DNA from: Hyphochytrium catenoides
Taxonomy: Eukaryota; Protista; Hyphochytriomycota
DNA length: 60,172 bases
Assembly (NCBI GenBank): GCA_900088475.1
Contig: FLMG01001246.1
Span: forward strand, 1 to 60,172
Direction: 5' to 3'
Made by a program: the position numbers and the translations under genes. Positions 34,436-46,594 of the stretch are shown piece after piece. The stretch's first letter is position 1. Each line of letters begins with the position of its first letter. The notes below the pieces were generated by a model. That model was given only the letters and a program-made list of their open reading frames with translations. It ran no database searches and was not told the origin of the DNA.

Positions 34436-35271
34436 TCATTCTTGCTTTTCTTCCTGAGCTATCTCCGGCTTGTGCAGCGACAAAAAGTCAAATACTATGG
34501 CAGGATTCTCTGGCTTATATCTCGCCGTGCATGTTGAGGCATTAATGAAGGAGATCCCATTCATAGTTGCTGTACCATATGCCTGATGGATATGCCCGAA
34601 GACATGGTAGCAGCGCTTGACGCGGTTCAGAACAACTTCGCGAAGGTGAGCACAGCCAGCAGAGACGCCAGGCTTCACTTCATCCAAGATTCCTTGAGGC
34701 GGACAATGCGTAATAAGGACATCGGTGTCCTTGGGACTTAAGCTCCACCGCCTTTGCAATTCTTCTTCTGAACTGACGTTGAAGGCCCAATCGTGGTAAG
34801 AGGGTTGATAGGACTTCCATACACCTTTATATTGCTCTCGGGAAGGACAAATGCCTCTTCCTCTAGATATATAACGCCTGCCTGCTTTGCAGCTGCACCT
34901 GTTAGGAGTCGCCGTGCTTGTTCACAAGTCTCGCGAGGACAGTACCGATGCTTTTCGCTCCAATCACTGTCCAAAACCCGCTCATGATTTCCAGCGATAA
35001 TGACCTTCCATCTATGCGGCAGCTTAGTAAGCCACGAGACAAACTCACGAACTTGATCGCACGTTCCATGCATTGTAAAGTCGCCAGCATGTATCAGCAC
35101 GCCACCATCTGGTACTACTAGCTTCGTAAAGGGCCTGAGGCGCCCTCCTTCCTTGATAAGAAGTTCATGCTTTGAGTGGGTGTCACTAAGGCATACAAAC
35201 CTTGTCAGCGACGTTGTTGAGGAGGAGGTGGAGGACTCGGTAGGCGTGGCAGTAGTGCTAGGCGTTGTCAT
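34436..35271 (-). pseudogene. Calcineurin-like metallophosphoesterase (MPPED1/239FB-like) with a single-base frameshift at about 34810
   Basis: RFVCLSDTH, LIHAGDFT, IAGNHE and VYGSP lie in one frame. (Y)QPSYHDWAFN, DVLITHCPP and HVFGHIH lie in another. CCT-[T]AT-CAA lacks one base and there is no room for an intron. Confidence 0.8.
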
Positions 35272-36141
35272 CTCAGGCAATGCTCCCTCTACCTCCTGAT
35301 GTAAGAAAGAAGGGCACTCGATCCTATGCTATAACCTCTGCTTCCTGTCGTTCCTACTAAAACAGAAAATAACGGAGCTCCAAAATTACACCAGACTTCG
35401 GAAGATTAGGGCGCACTAGTGCATTGTAACGCTTCTTCGTTAATGACGAAATCTCAACGAACGCCGAAGGCATGTCTTCCTAGTTAATGTTGGGTCCACA
35501 GAAGCCATGACTCTCTCTAAACCCCTTTCTTCTTCTTGCCCCCATCCCCCCGTGTCCTTCTACATCCTCGTCCAGAGCGGACGCAATGAGCTGGTGATCC
35601 TTGGCAGAAGACAGGCTTGCACATAACGTCAAGATACGTGAATGACCACTCTGATCCTTCCCCAGCGGATGTAACTATTATAGGAGGAGCTGCGTGACTT
35701 GATGGATGATCCTTGGGAGAAGACTCGCAGAAAGTTCAAGCTACGCCGCCGATAAGCACTCCGCAGGCCGATGAAGAACTATTACTGAGACTGAGAAAGA
35801 AGAGGAAGAGTGATGATCTTTCCCGAAACGGTCCCGTCCATCGACCTTGAAGTACAGACAGAGACGTTAACCGCTAGCCTCATCACTTCCAAGGTTTTAG
35901 AAACATTGGTTTGTTTCTGAAATATTCCCGCCCGGCCAGCAATGGAAATGACGGCCAAAGAGGTCTACCCTAATGCCCGTCCAGACTCCGCAAAGTGACC
36001 TTTGATCAACAGCTAGAAAAGGGGTTGAATGTGAAAAAATGCTCAGACCCTTTATCGGAGTTATTAGGCAAACCTCAGGGGACGATGGAGGTGGGAAAAG
36101 CACGATGACAGATCAAAAATTCGACGTTTCCCTTGGGCAAG

Positions 36142-36207
36142 ACAGACAGACAGAGTGAAAAGAAAGAGAGAGAGAGGGAGAGAGAGGGAGAGAAAGAGAG
36201 AAAGAGG

Positions 36208-36250
<43 letters not shown>

Positions 36251-36320
36251 GGAGAGAGAGAGAGGGAGAGAGAGACACAGAGGGACGCAGAGAGACACAG
36301 AGAGAAAGACAGAGAGAGGA
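36142..36320. repeat. Compound (GA)n/(GACA)n polypurine microsatellite
   Basis: About 180 nt of almost pure purine on the + strand. Confidence 0.95.
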
Positions 36321-36793
36321 TGGATGAAGTCAAGGACGGGAAAGGAGCGATGGAGAGACAGAGTGATAAGAAGGAAAGTCTCAAGCACAAGCAGGAAAGA
36401 GAGACGAGAGAGAGAAAACACGGCGGCTTCCTCCATTTCTTCGGCTCTGTCTCATGAGGATCTGGCCGACAGTCTTACCGAATCGCCTTGTTATCATAGT
36501 TCTTAGAACAGCGGTTTGTTGTGCTGCCAGCTCTGAAAGCTCTGCGGACGTGAAGAGCATTGAAAGAGAGAGACTTAGTATTATTGACAGCAATCTCTTT
36601 TTGCACGAGGATGACTCTACTAGTGCGGGCCTGAGTACTTCCTCGCTTCCCTATAGCTTTACTCTTCTCTCCGTACCGCCTGGGTCGAGCCTCTGACCTT
36701 CTATGCATGAAGCATTGGGCCGCTCCTCTTTTGTGCTGAATGGACGTGAAGTCCCGTGAAACCTAGGGTTGGCAGCTCGGCCCAGCCCTCGCG

Positions 36794-38411
36794 ATGGCTG
36801 CGATCACCAGTAGGCTGCAGCTTACAGCCTTCTGGGGATCAAAGAAGGAGACTAACAATAAGCCAGCCGTACCTTCTCCGGCGGGAAAGAAGAATTCATT
36901 TCCCAGCACATCTTCAGGTCCTCCTTTGGGGTGGTTGTCATCTGATAGGTTATAGCACTTTCAAGTCTGCCATCGGGTGTACGATGCTCCTTCGGTACCT
37001 GTAGCGGTCTTACCTGGTTTACGATCTTCTCCTGGCTTCTTTCTTCTTCGTTCGGTAGCTCTCTGCGCTGCCTAGAGTTCCAATATCCTCTGGTTCTGAA
37101 CATGCCTTTATTTACAGCTCCTGGGTCATTACCTGAGCGAGATGCCGCCGAGGTTGTCGACATCACGTCTAGAAAGGTTCAAGAGATCATCAAGACTGAG
37201 CATCAGCTTTCTGAGTTCACTCTGGAGGTGGGCTATCTATAGATCTCCTATTTCTCTCAATCAGCTCTGCTCTTCAGTGCGCTTGGCTCCCATGCTTGTT
37301 CGTCGTTCTCTCTCTTCTCTCGCCCCAACCATACTTCCGATCTAGCTATTCACCCTAGACTCTGTGTCCAAAATGGCTTGGCAACTTCATGTCACAGGAA
37401 GGTGACTTGGTTGTGAAACATTGGAGCAACAACCAAACTAGTGTGGTTGACAGACTTTGCCTCTTGATATCAAGTGAGCCGGGGACCCCTGCCGGCCTCT
37501 GGAGCCGCTCTCTATGTCTCCGAAGAGGCGCTGAAGGTATTGAAGCCTTAGCACAGTCAAAGACGCCTGTGACGAGAACCTGATGAGTCTTGTGTGCAGG
37601 CGGAGGTGTCCGGCATGGAGGGTTAGGCTCCATGTTACCATTCCTTGATGCCTGTCATGACAGTGGCATGGGAGTTGTTATCGTTTCAGATCCCTTTGGG
37701 AAGGAGACGGCGGTAAGGACTGCACTCTCCACCAGCTCACTCTTTCCGCTCTTCTCCCTATAAACACCGTCACGGTCGTAGTCAAGAGCATTTGTCTTTA
37801 TCGCGGTGGTCCCGTAAGCTTTTTTGTGAGCCTTTGATATCTCTGCTTCAAGGTATTCTCAAGCTTACCTTCCATTCCCTCTTGCAGTCCAACAACGCCA
37901 GGTCCCGGATACTTCTACTGTGGCAGAAGATCGTGGCACAATCACGAGCTACACACGTCTTCATTGTGGCTTATATGGAGGCTGGGGCAGTGGTGGTGGA
38001 GCTGATTAGAGACAACCTTGAGCTGATGCAGAGACAGCTTAGTGGTGTGGCGCTGATAGAATCCACTCACAACTTGAAGGATGATCAGAGCTATGGCTTT
38101 CTGAAGTTCATGTCACAATGGGTCTTTAGCTTTGTACACTCGGACTTGCCTCGTGGTGCAAGAGTTCGGGAAAAAGAGGTAGGATATTACCTCTTTCTCG
38201 ACTTTAGAGCTGTGCGATTGGACGCCTAACTCGGCACATGTTTGTCCATCGTCGCATGTGACTAACCTCGGTGGCTCTGACATATATTTCATATGGATTA
38301 CAGGCGGCTGCCAAGTGTGTGGTCATCTCATCTGGGACGATGTATGTTGGATCTCAGACGCTAGTCTCCAGTGTCCCTTCCATTTTCGCAGCCTTCAAGG
38401 CGAGATGGTAA
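36794..38411 (+). CDS. FAM172A: FAM172A/Arb2-domain protein (6 exons)
   Basis: Spliced product includes AAEVVDITSRKVQEIIKTEHQL, RLCLLISSEPGTPAGLWSRSLC, GSMLPFLDACHDSGMGVVIVSDP, LWQKIVAQSRATHVFIVAY, LSGVALIESTH and CVVISSGT...VPSIF. These are collinear with the FAM172A motifs LxxLIHG..VRAGQWAR, GTQIP.I..A...GYGV, VW..F......VFFVAHS, VALTDSVH and SAGT..H....FPSIF. Confidence 0.8.
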
Positions 38412-38671
38412 GACAGAACGCACCTAGCCCGTTCTTTCGGCATTGTGATTTACTAGCTTCTGACGATATGTAAAAACTCCGCTGCCGAGGGTGAGCTCCA
38501 AGCCTCATCTCCTCGCGATAACACCTATTAACTGTTGTTCGAGAACCTTTCCTACCACGTGCACTACACAGTCGCTCAGAATTACGTCCACGCTTATCTC
38601 ACATCCTCTCTCGATTCTATTGTAGGTCTGGATTCCGCTCGCAGGCTCCCACAGGCGGTCTGACTAACACG

Positions 38672-41600
38672 ATGACGTCCATCGGGGCTGGGCTGACTGG
38701 CTATGGAACCGAGAGCAGTGCTACGGAGTGCTACACTTGCAAAGAGAAGTTCTCGTTGACCCGTTGGAGATTTTATTGCAGAACGTGTCAATGGGCAGGT
38801 GAGCTACTAGACTAGCTAATAGACACATCAGGCGCTCTCCACTCCTCGTGGCAGCTAGGTTGCCTCACATTTCCCCTGCCTTGTCGTTTCTAGCTTTATT
38901 CTCTTCCTGCTGCTCACCTATATTCTCCTATGTACTCTTCAGTATGCAAGGGTTGTTCTGTCCTCGAGCGAGTGCAGCCGATAGGAGAGGTTCGCCTGTG
39001 TAGGACGTGCTCTTCAATCCCGTCTCTCATGCACTGGTCTAGGTGAGTCGTCTTGAGGTTTTGCCGGACTCTCCACCGTTAAGACGCAGACTATGGTCCC
39101 ACGATTTATGAGACATGAAGAAGAACCAACAGTGAAATGAACTTATCGTTCTGCTTATCTACACAACAGCTCTAGCGTCTTAGCAGATTCCGCCTCGGGT
39201 TAACGTTTATCATTCCCTCTTTTTTCGCTACTGCCCTCAATCTACGCCTCCGTGTATCCCTGAACCAGGCCTAGAGCGTGGCGAGCTGGAGAGCAGCGAA
39301 GTCTCTACGGCGATCATCCTGAGCACAAGTTGAGTGTTGATGACTTTGAGCTCATTGAGGTTATTGGGAAAGGTGCTTGTGGAAAAGTGGTGTTGGTCAT
39401 CAAGAAGGATGGCAAGGACCAGGGAAAGCTCTTTGCGATGAAAGTCCTTAAGAAAAAATGGGTCATGAACAAGGTAAGTGCGCGAAAGTACGGCTCTTTA
39501 GTGAGATTTAGTTGGGGAAAAGGCCAAAAAAAGGAAGGAGGACTAGGTATCAGCGGCGGGAGCCTCACTGCACATGTTGGGACAGGACTTGGTAGCAGCA
39601 ACCATGGCAGAGCGAATGATCCTCCAGGAGGCAGAGCATCCTTTCATCGTACAGCTCAGATATGCTTTCCAGAGCCATGTGAGTGCAAATTGTGTTTCCT
39701 ATCGTGCCTTCGGGCGGTGTCCCTATAGTATGAACCAGGCACTATCCCGTTACAGGCAGAGCTTTCTGCATTCAAGGCAACTAAAGAGTCTTCTGTCCTC
39801 AGAACAAGCTCTACATGGTGATGGACTTTTATCACGGAGGCTCCTTAAGAGAGATCTTACGAGCCAGAGGGTGCTTCAGTGTTACGAGATCTAAGTTTTA
39901 TTTAGCTGAGGTAAGGCAGCTCGCTACTCCTCTATAGTTCCTTCATCTATTTCAGCTGCCTAAGCACGATATATGATGTCCGGACCACCGTCTTGTTGAT
40001 CAATATTCTTGGCTGTATCCGCTGTCTGCCTTCTGCTCTTCTAACTCGACAAACCGTATTGTTCTCATGGGCGATGGAATCATATCACTAACACTCTTGT
40101 CTTCAGTTGATCCTCGCGATCGGTCATCTGCACAGTCGGGACATTGTCTGGCGCGACATCAAAACCGAGAACATCTTGATAGACATGGAAGGGCATATCG
40201 CAGCCACGGATTTCGGTCTGTCCAAGCCTGGTATGACAGAAGGAGAGAAGGCTTCCTCGTTCGTAGGGACTGGAGAATATCTGGCACCTGAACTGCTTCA
40301 CCAGGCGGGCTACGGCAAGGTAACTGAAGGCAAAGTGGACCTATTGAGTGTGATAGAAATGGCGCACATAGCTCAGCAAGTCCAATGACGTAGCAGTTTC
40401 GTCAAATGACAAGGTTACAAAGTGAGCTACGATTGTGATGGAGCAGAACAGAGTGTCATGGGGAAAGAGGAATTACGAATAGAGCACTTGGCGTAAGAAG
40501 TAGGGGGTATCGTGGCAATCCTTTGCTGACAAAGCAATCTTAGAGGTTGGACGCTGGGAGCCGTCCATGATTCTTGATACTAAGGTCTGTCCTTCCCCTC
40601 CTCTCATTCATCCGTCTTCTCCTGATAGCCGGTGGACTGGTGGGGTTTAGGCATCCTTGCCTTTGAGTTTATCACGGGTCGACCTCCCTTCACGCATGTG
40701 AGCCTCCCGCTGCTCTTTGAGAGAATCAAGAATGAGGAGCCCGTCTTCACAAGCCAATTTACTGTTGAACTGGAAGACTTGATTAAGAAACTGCTAAGCA
40801 AGGACCCGACAAGACGGTACGTATGACGGAGACACCATGGATAACAAACAGCACAAAATTAACAGAAGTGGAGTGGCAAAAAGGAATGGCACCTGTTCTG
40901 ATGATAGGCAGAGAACGTAAGGGGGTCAAGGGAAGAAGATGGAAGAAGACAAAGGGCGAGCACTCACTCTACTGTTGCCTTTAGGCTATGTAGCGGTCCT
41001 GGCGGGGTGGAAGAGATCAAAACCCACCCTTTCTTCGCCGACGTCGACTGGGAGGCTCTGTATCAGAAAAAGGCACCCGTGCCGCCTCTTCCATTCACAG
41101 AGGAACAGATATCAGAGGAGCTCAGGATCAAAAAGTCTTTGGAGAAGATCAGAAACACCAGGGAGGAGGCAATGTGTGAGACGCCTGTAACCAAAGAGGA
41201 GATACCCATGGACATTGGCGACGATGTTTTTGATAGGTAAGCTACTACTCTGCTTTCTTCAGCGGCCCGGGCTTTGTCTTCGAAGATTTGGTCTTGAGTT
41301 CTCCTTAGTCCAACATGCAGGCCTAACCCTACCTCATGTCTTTATATCGCCCCCTTTGCCTCCTTTCTCCCCGGGCATATAATGTCCACGTATATCCAGG
41401 TTCACCTATGTACACCTTGAAGAGGACGTTGGCGGTTCCGGCAGGATGATGAAGATGCTCGTCCCTTCGCCTCAGCGTCTAGAGTCCATTCCAGACTCTC
41501 CATCGACGCCACCACCACCCGACACTCCGCCCAGCAGGAAGCTGTCAGCCATCCCTGGCTCTCCAACAACTCCTCCCGACTCCAGAGAGCCTTCGGTGCT

Positions 41601-44460
41601 AGAGGAACCAACGCCGATCATGAGCACGCCTGCGAGTGGGCCTATGATGAACACTCCTGCAGGAGGGATCGGCCTGGAAGCAATGGCAGCAGCTGGGACA
41701 GGGCCTTTTGCAGCTAGAGCAAGGCCTGGCCCGACACCAGTTAGCGGATCGAATGGGACGCCCAGATCTACAGGCTCAACTGCGTTCCCGAAGCCTGGGG
41801 CCTCCAAAGGAAAGTATAGCAGCTACCTTACGGACGTGAAGGAAGATCCCAGTAAAAAAGAAGATGGAAAATCTTCAGCAGCGGGAGGTTCGGGGGCCTT
41901 TGGGAGAAGTCAAACACCGAGGAGTGGTCCTGATGCTCCACAGACTCAATCTCCCATTATCAAACGCCTCATGTCTACGATTGAGACATCGCGGTCTTCG
42001 CCTCAGACTCCTACCCCGCCGACAAGGCGTCCGGGACCAACCATTGAGAGTCCTCACCCAGCGAATGCGGCAGCAGAGAGGTTTGGTGCGGGGAGTGGTA
42101 AGGAGGGTGTAGCAGCAAGCCAAGTTCCTCGCGTGTCAGGAGGTAACCCGAATGTCGCTTCAGTGAGTAAGCCTTCAGAGACGGAGGAGAGCTCCTCGGT
42201 GAAAGCTGTTGAATCCTCTTACTGGCCAGCAGCAACGTCCTCAACATCCTCGCGTTTCGACGGCCCACCAGCTTTGTATAGGATGGCGTACGGTGCCAGT
42301 AAGGAGGGGTCTGCACGATTTCCCGATTCCCGTAAAGAAAGTCTCAAAACGACTCAGCCTGCCCCTCGTCTTGATACATCTTCGACCTCTGACATTCGAA
42401 GTATTGGAGCTGCAGAGGGAAACAGCAGTCAAGGACGGGGTTTTAGGACGGAGTCAACGAATGCTACGGATGGAAGAGTAAAGCATGATGGGAGAGGAAG
42501 AGATTCACCTTCGTCATTTACTTCTGGGCGTCGTCAGCTCTCAATGGAACCTGCGGTATCAAAGGAGGAAGCAACTGGACAAAGTGCTGATCCTCTCGAA
42601 GGTCTCCTCTCCGGCGTCTTCAGCAAGGAAAAAGGATCGGGCTCTGAGCATAGGAGAAAGCTCAAGAGCGCTGAGAACATCAAAGGACCCTCTGTCGGGC
42701 CAACCTCCCCAATAACTTCATCCACATCTGCTTCAGCTCAGCCTTCAAACTCATCCCCTGGCTCCTCCTCAGGCTCACCCTCAAGGCAGTACCAACAGCA
42801 AGGCTCTTTGCCTTATACCAATAAGGTGCCAGGTGACAGCAATGAGGATTGGAAACCTGTTCCTTCTGCGGGAAGGACGGTCAGTGCTCCCGCAGGAGGC
42901 AACAGACTAGCGAGAAAAATCTCGTATGTGATAGATAGTGATGAGGACGAAGAGACAGACAACACACAATCGGTATCGGCTGGCACGATATCATCTCCTA
43001 GAGATAACGCAGCCCGTGTTCAAACCAGCTCGCCCCCGCCAGGTCTACCGCGCTCTCCTACGGCTAAGAGTTCCCAGGTAGACATCAGGAACGAGTTAGC
43101 GAGAGCCGCAGGAAGCTCTGTAGTTGGTGGGGCAACGGGCAGCAGCTATGGAGCTCCCAATAGAGGTTCACCTAAGAACTCTCCGCGGTCAGGCGGTGCA
43201 GGTTACAGAGCAGATGATTCCCAGCTAAGATCGGGAGAGGCAGACAGAAGAGCGTCTCCTCGTTCGCAGGGTCAGGCAGAAGGATACAGAGGACGTCCGG
43301 GACAAGCACCTTATATCAGAAGCCAAGGCGATGGCAGGAGAGAAGAGCTAGAAAGTGAAGAGAGGAAAGGCTCTCGCCGTTCGCCTCGTACTGATTCTGC
43401 GTCTGGAACACCGAAATCTTCCCCTAGAGCTGTCAATAAGCCATCACTGAACCTTAAAGAGTTAGGCACAGAGGCCAGTGTGGAGGAAGAACTATCTCCA
43501 ATGAGCCGCATCATCAAGGAAAGAACTCAAGCGGCCCGTGGGCTCAAGTCCAGTCCGGAGAGACCTAAGTCACAAAGTAGTCAGGAAGGACGAGACCCTC
43601 TCCCTCGTTCTCTCTCTGGAGCAGGTTCTAACCGCAAATTGGAAGAAAGCTCTCGACCAGCAAATGTTGGGGTGGGCCAAGTCTCAGAGGCTAGGCAGGG
43701 TGAAATGAGTGTCGGGCCCGAGGTTCGGAGACCATCCCCACCAGCATCAGCCCCTGCTTCAAGCTCTTCCTCTAGTTCATCTGGTAGAGGTGGACCGCCT
43801 GCTTCGCTCTCTAAAGCTTCCTCACAGCAGTACAGAGGCCAAGGCTCAGTTCGAGAAGGATTAGTGAGAAGCCAGTCTAACAGAACATATGGACCTACAT
43901 CCTCCTCTTCTTCATCCTCCTCCTCATTAAATCAAGCAGCCACCTCTACATCTAGACCTGCTCGAAACCAGGCGGATGTCTCGCGGCGATATGCTCCAGG
44001 ATCAACAGCTACGAGCAACTCATCAAATGCCTCAAACCGGACACCAGTGGAAGAAGAGTCTCCGATGAGCAGACTGATCCGAGAGAGAAAGGCTGCTAAT
44101 GCTGCGGCGGCAGCAGCGAACAGGGGACAAGCAGGGTCTGGGCCCTCCTGGGCATATGCTCGAGGAGCCAATCCTCGGACAGACAATATTCCAACAGACC
44201 TAATGAACCGCATTCGGCAAACTGCTGCTGCGAACAACGGCAACGACCAGAGACAAGGCAGAGGACAGCCAATGCAGAGACGCCCGACACCAATGATGCC
44301 CAGTCAATATAATGGAAGGTTCAACGGTGGCCCAGTCCCAGTTAACAGGTCGGACAAGGATTTTGAAATTGAAAGTGACAGCGAGAGGGACAGTGAGGCC
44401 ACCTCTCAGCTTAACCATAGCGTTAGGGACAGCGAGTGGAACGCGGTTGTGGATCTATAG
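38672..44460 (+). CDS. AGC-family Ser/Thr kinase with N-terminal FYVE-like zinc finger and about 1000-aa low-complexity tail (9 exons)
   Basis: CYTC..FSLTRWRFYCRTC..VCKGC..RLCRTC; IGKGACGKV, FAMK, HPFIVQLRYAFQ, WRDIKTEN, DFG, GTGEYLAPE, VDWWGLG and the hydrophobic motif FDRFTY. Introns are phase-consistent. Confidence 0.92.
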
Positions 44461-44785
44461 CGAGGCCGACAGTATTTATTGCCCTCATTCCGGTTTGACG
44501 GGCAGCATTCTCTCACGTTTGTCTCCTCTCCTATATCTTCATTTCCACTATACTTTTGCCGATACTACTCTGTCTCCACTTTCTTACTAGCCTGTCTCTC
44601 TCGATCCATATCTCTGTTGCACTCTAAGCAGATCCGCCGATCCAAACCCTTCACCACGGACCCGGGGTCCCCATTCCGCCACCCAAAAGATTGCCGGCAC
44701 ACCTTGGACCAGATAACGCATGATAAACACGCTATTATATTTAGTTGCCACTGAATGCTTGTTGCTCTCGACCTTTCTTTCATCT

Positions 44786-46594
44786 CTAATACCACTGATA
44801 TGCGACAGCTGGCTGCAACTCTCTCGGCAGTAACACGCCTCGCCCGAAGTCTAGCCTTCTTCCTATGCTAGGCGAGTCTTCAAAGAGAGAGAAAAACGCC
44901 AGAAGGCTTTGTGAGCCTCCAATCTCGTTTTCCCTCACATCAATCATCTCTAGGGTGTCGTTTTCATAGAGCGTGCTGGCAATTGCTGCGATAGTGTCCA
45001 TGCTAAAGTGATTCCGTGCCAGTCCCAGATAGCGCAAGTTCTTATTTTTTCTAAGAGCTTCTGCTAACGTCTGAGTGCCCACACCTTGTGCTGTCCAAGA
45101 CGGAATCTTCCTCTTCTCCCCCATTGTGAGGACGTCTACGTCTCCCACAGCGTTCCAAGCCAAGTTTAACACCTTCAGCTGAGAAGCAGGGTTGAGCTTT
45201 AGTGCTTTCGCCAGGGCATAGGCTCCTATGGGCCCAAGGTGGTTGAATGATAGGTCTAAGAACGTGAGTGGACATACTGTGAGGATCCACTGCGCAAGCA
45301 GCTTGGCGCCTTCTTCCGCTATATTGTTACCGCGCAAATTAAGATGGCAAAGATTCCTTTGTAGAGCTCCTGCTCGCACGATGCTAGGAATAGATGTGTC
45401 ATATAGCTCACTATTCCCTAGCCCAAGAGTCTCAAAGTTCTTTCTGTGTCCTATGGCATCCGCGATTGAGGAAGCCCCGGCGTCTCCCAAAGCATTTCCC
45501 GTCAGCTTGAGAGCTGTTAGCGTGGTGTTAGACGTTAGAGCTTTGCCCAAGTATTGCGCCCCTTCCTTATTGATGAAGTTCTGAGAGAGGTCAAGGTCCT
45601 CCAGATGCTGATTGCTGCTTAAGACGTCACCCAATTCTCGACAAGCGATGTCACATATCGAGTTACCACTGAGATTAAGCTTCCGCAAGCATGACGTGGA
45701 CAAGATGTGCTTCAGCGCCGTAACTCCGTCCCTAGCTACCTTGCAAGACGTCAAACTAAGGCTCTGAAGGCTGTGCTGGGCAGTAAAGAGATCGGTCAAG
45801 GATCTACCACGGGCGCCGATTCGAGGATTTTGGTCGAGAGAGAGGAGCTCAATGCTCGACTGATAATTGAGCAGTGCGCTAAGGTAAGCTAGCGACGCAC
45901 CAGACAGGTTGTTATTTCCAAGATGGAGCTCTTGCAGAACTGTGGGGCTCCAAATTTCTCCTCCAGGTGCATGATAAACTTTGGCAGTGCTGCCTTTGTC
46001 GAGGCTAAGGTCAACCAACCTTCTTGCCCTGGAAGGGCATAGACATTCTGAGAGAATGCGAACGCCCTTATCTCCAATCTGGGTGCCAGACAGGTTTAGA
46101 ACTCTAAGATTACGATTGACAGCTAATGCTGGTCCTATCATCTCCATCGCTTCGGATCTCAGGTCATCGTTGAGGCCAAGATGAAGGTGGGTTAAAGAGC
46201 TTTGACATGCAAGAAGTCTCGCCAGCTCTCTGCGAGGCTTAGAGTTTTGGAAGTTATTATGCTGAAGCTCTAATCTCTCAATGTTGCTGTGGAGTTTCGT
46301 GAAAAGGTTGACTAAGGATGACAGTGCATCACCGCCAATGCCCGTACAGTTCAATAGAAGATCCTTTAGGTTTCGATTTTTACGCAGTGCTTTAGCCAAT
46401 GAATAGCAGTTGTCGTCTCCTAAGCAGTTGTTGCTAAGGTCCAAGTATTCCAGGGCGTCATTGTCACGTAGTAGATCAATCAAATCCTGCCAATCTTGTC
46501 GCTGAAAGTGGATGTTGGATGCATCCAGCCGTCTTATGCCAGAACTGCTGTCAGCGGCATGCAATGCCTCTTGGACAGTCATTGCTTGAAACAT
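44786..46594 (-). CDS. RNI-like (28-aa) leucine-rich-repeat protein, single exon
   Basis: 602-aa ORF with repeated LxxLxLxxNxIGDxGxxxLxxAL units. Confidence 0.9.
   Translation of the reverse strand: MFQAMTVQEALHAADSSSGIRRLDASNIHFQRQDWQDLIDLLRDNDALEYLDLSNNCLGDDNCYSLAKALRKNRNLKDLLLNCTGIGGDALSSLVNLFTKLHSNIERLELQHNNFQNSKPRRELARLLACQSSLTHLHLGLNDDLRSEAMEMIGPALAVNRNLRVLNLSGTQIGDKGVRILSECLCPSRARRLVDLSLDKGSTAKVYHAPGGEIWSPTVLQELHLGNNNLSGASLAYLSALLNYQSSIELLSLDQNPRIGARGRSLTDLFTAQHSLQSLSLTSCKVARDGVTALKHILSTSCLRKLNLSGNSICDIACRELGDVLSSNQHLEDLDLSQNFINKEGAQYLGKALTSNTTLTALKLTGNALGDAGASSIADAIGHRKNFETLGLGNSELYDTSIPSIVRAGALQRNLCHLNLRGNNIAEEGAKLLAQWILTVCPLTFLDLSFNHLGPIGAYALAKALKLNPASQLKVLNLAWNAVGDVDVLTMGEKRKIPSWTAQGVGTQTLAEALRKNKNLRYLGLARNHFSMDTIAAIASTLYENDTLEMIDVRENEIGGSQSLLAFFSLFEDSPSIGRRLDFGRGVLLPRELQPAVAYQWY

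Noticed and set aside
36064-36457. ORFs rich in SL/ER repeats (also at 312-565 and 57542-57831)
   Set aside because: These are translation artefacts of (TC)n/(GA)n microsatellites.
36400-37300. Stop-riddled coiled-coil-like frame on the minus strand
   Set aside because: It is largely the antisense shadow of the FAM172A-like exons on the plus strand.
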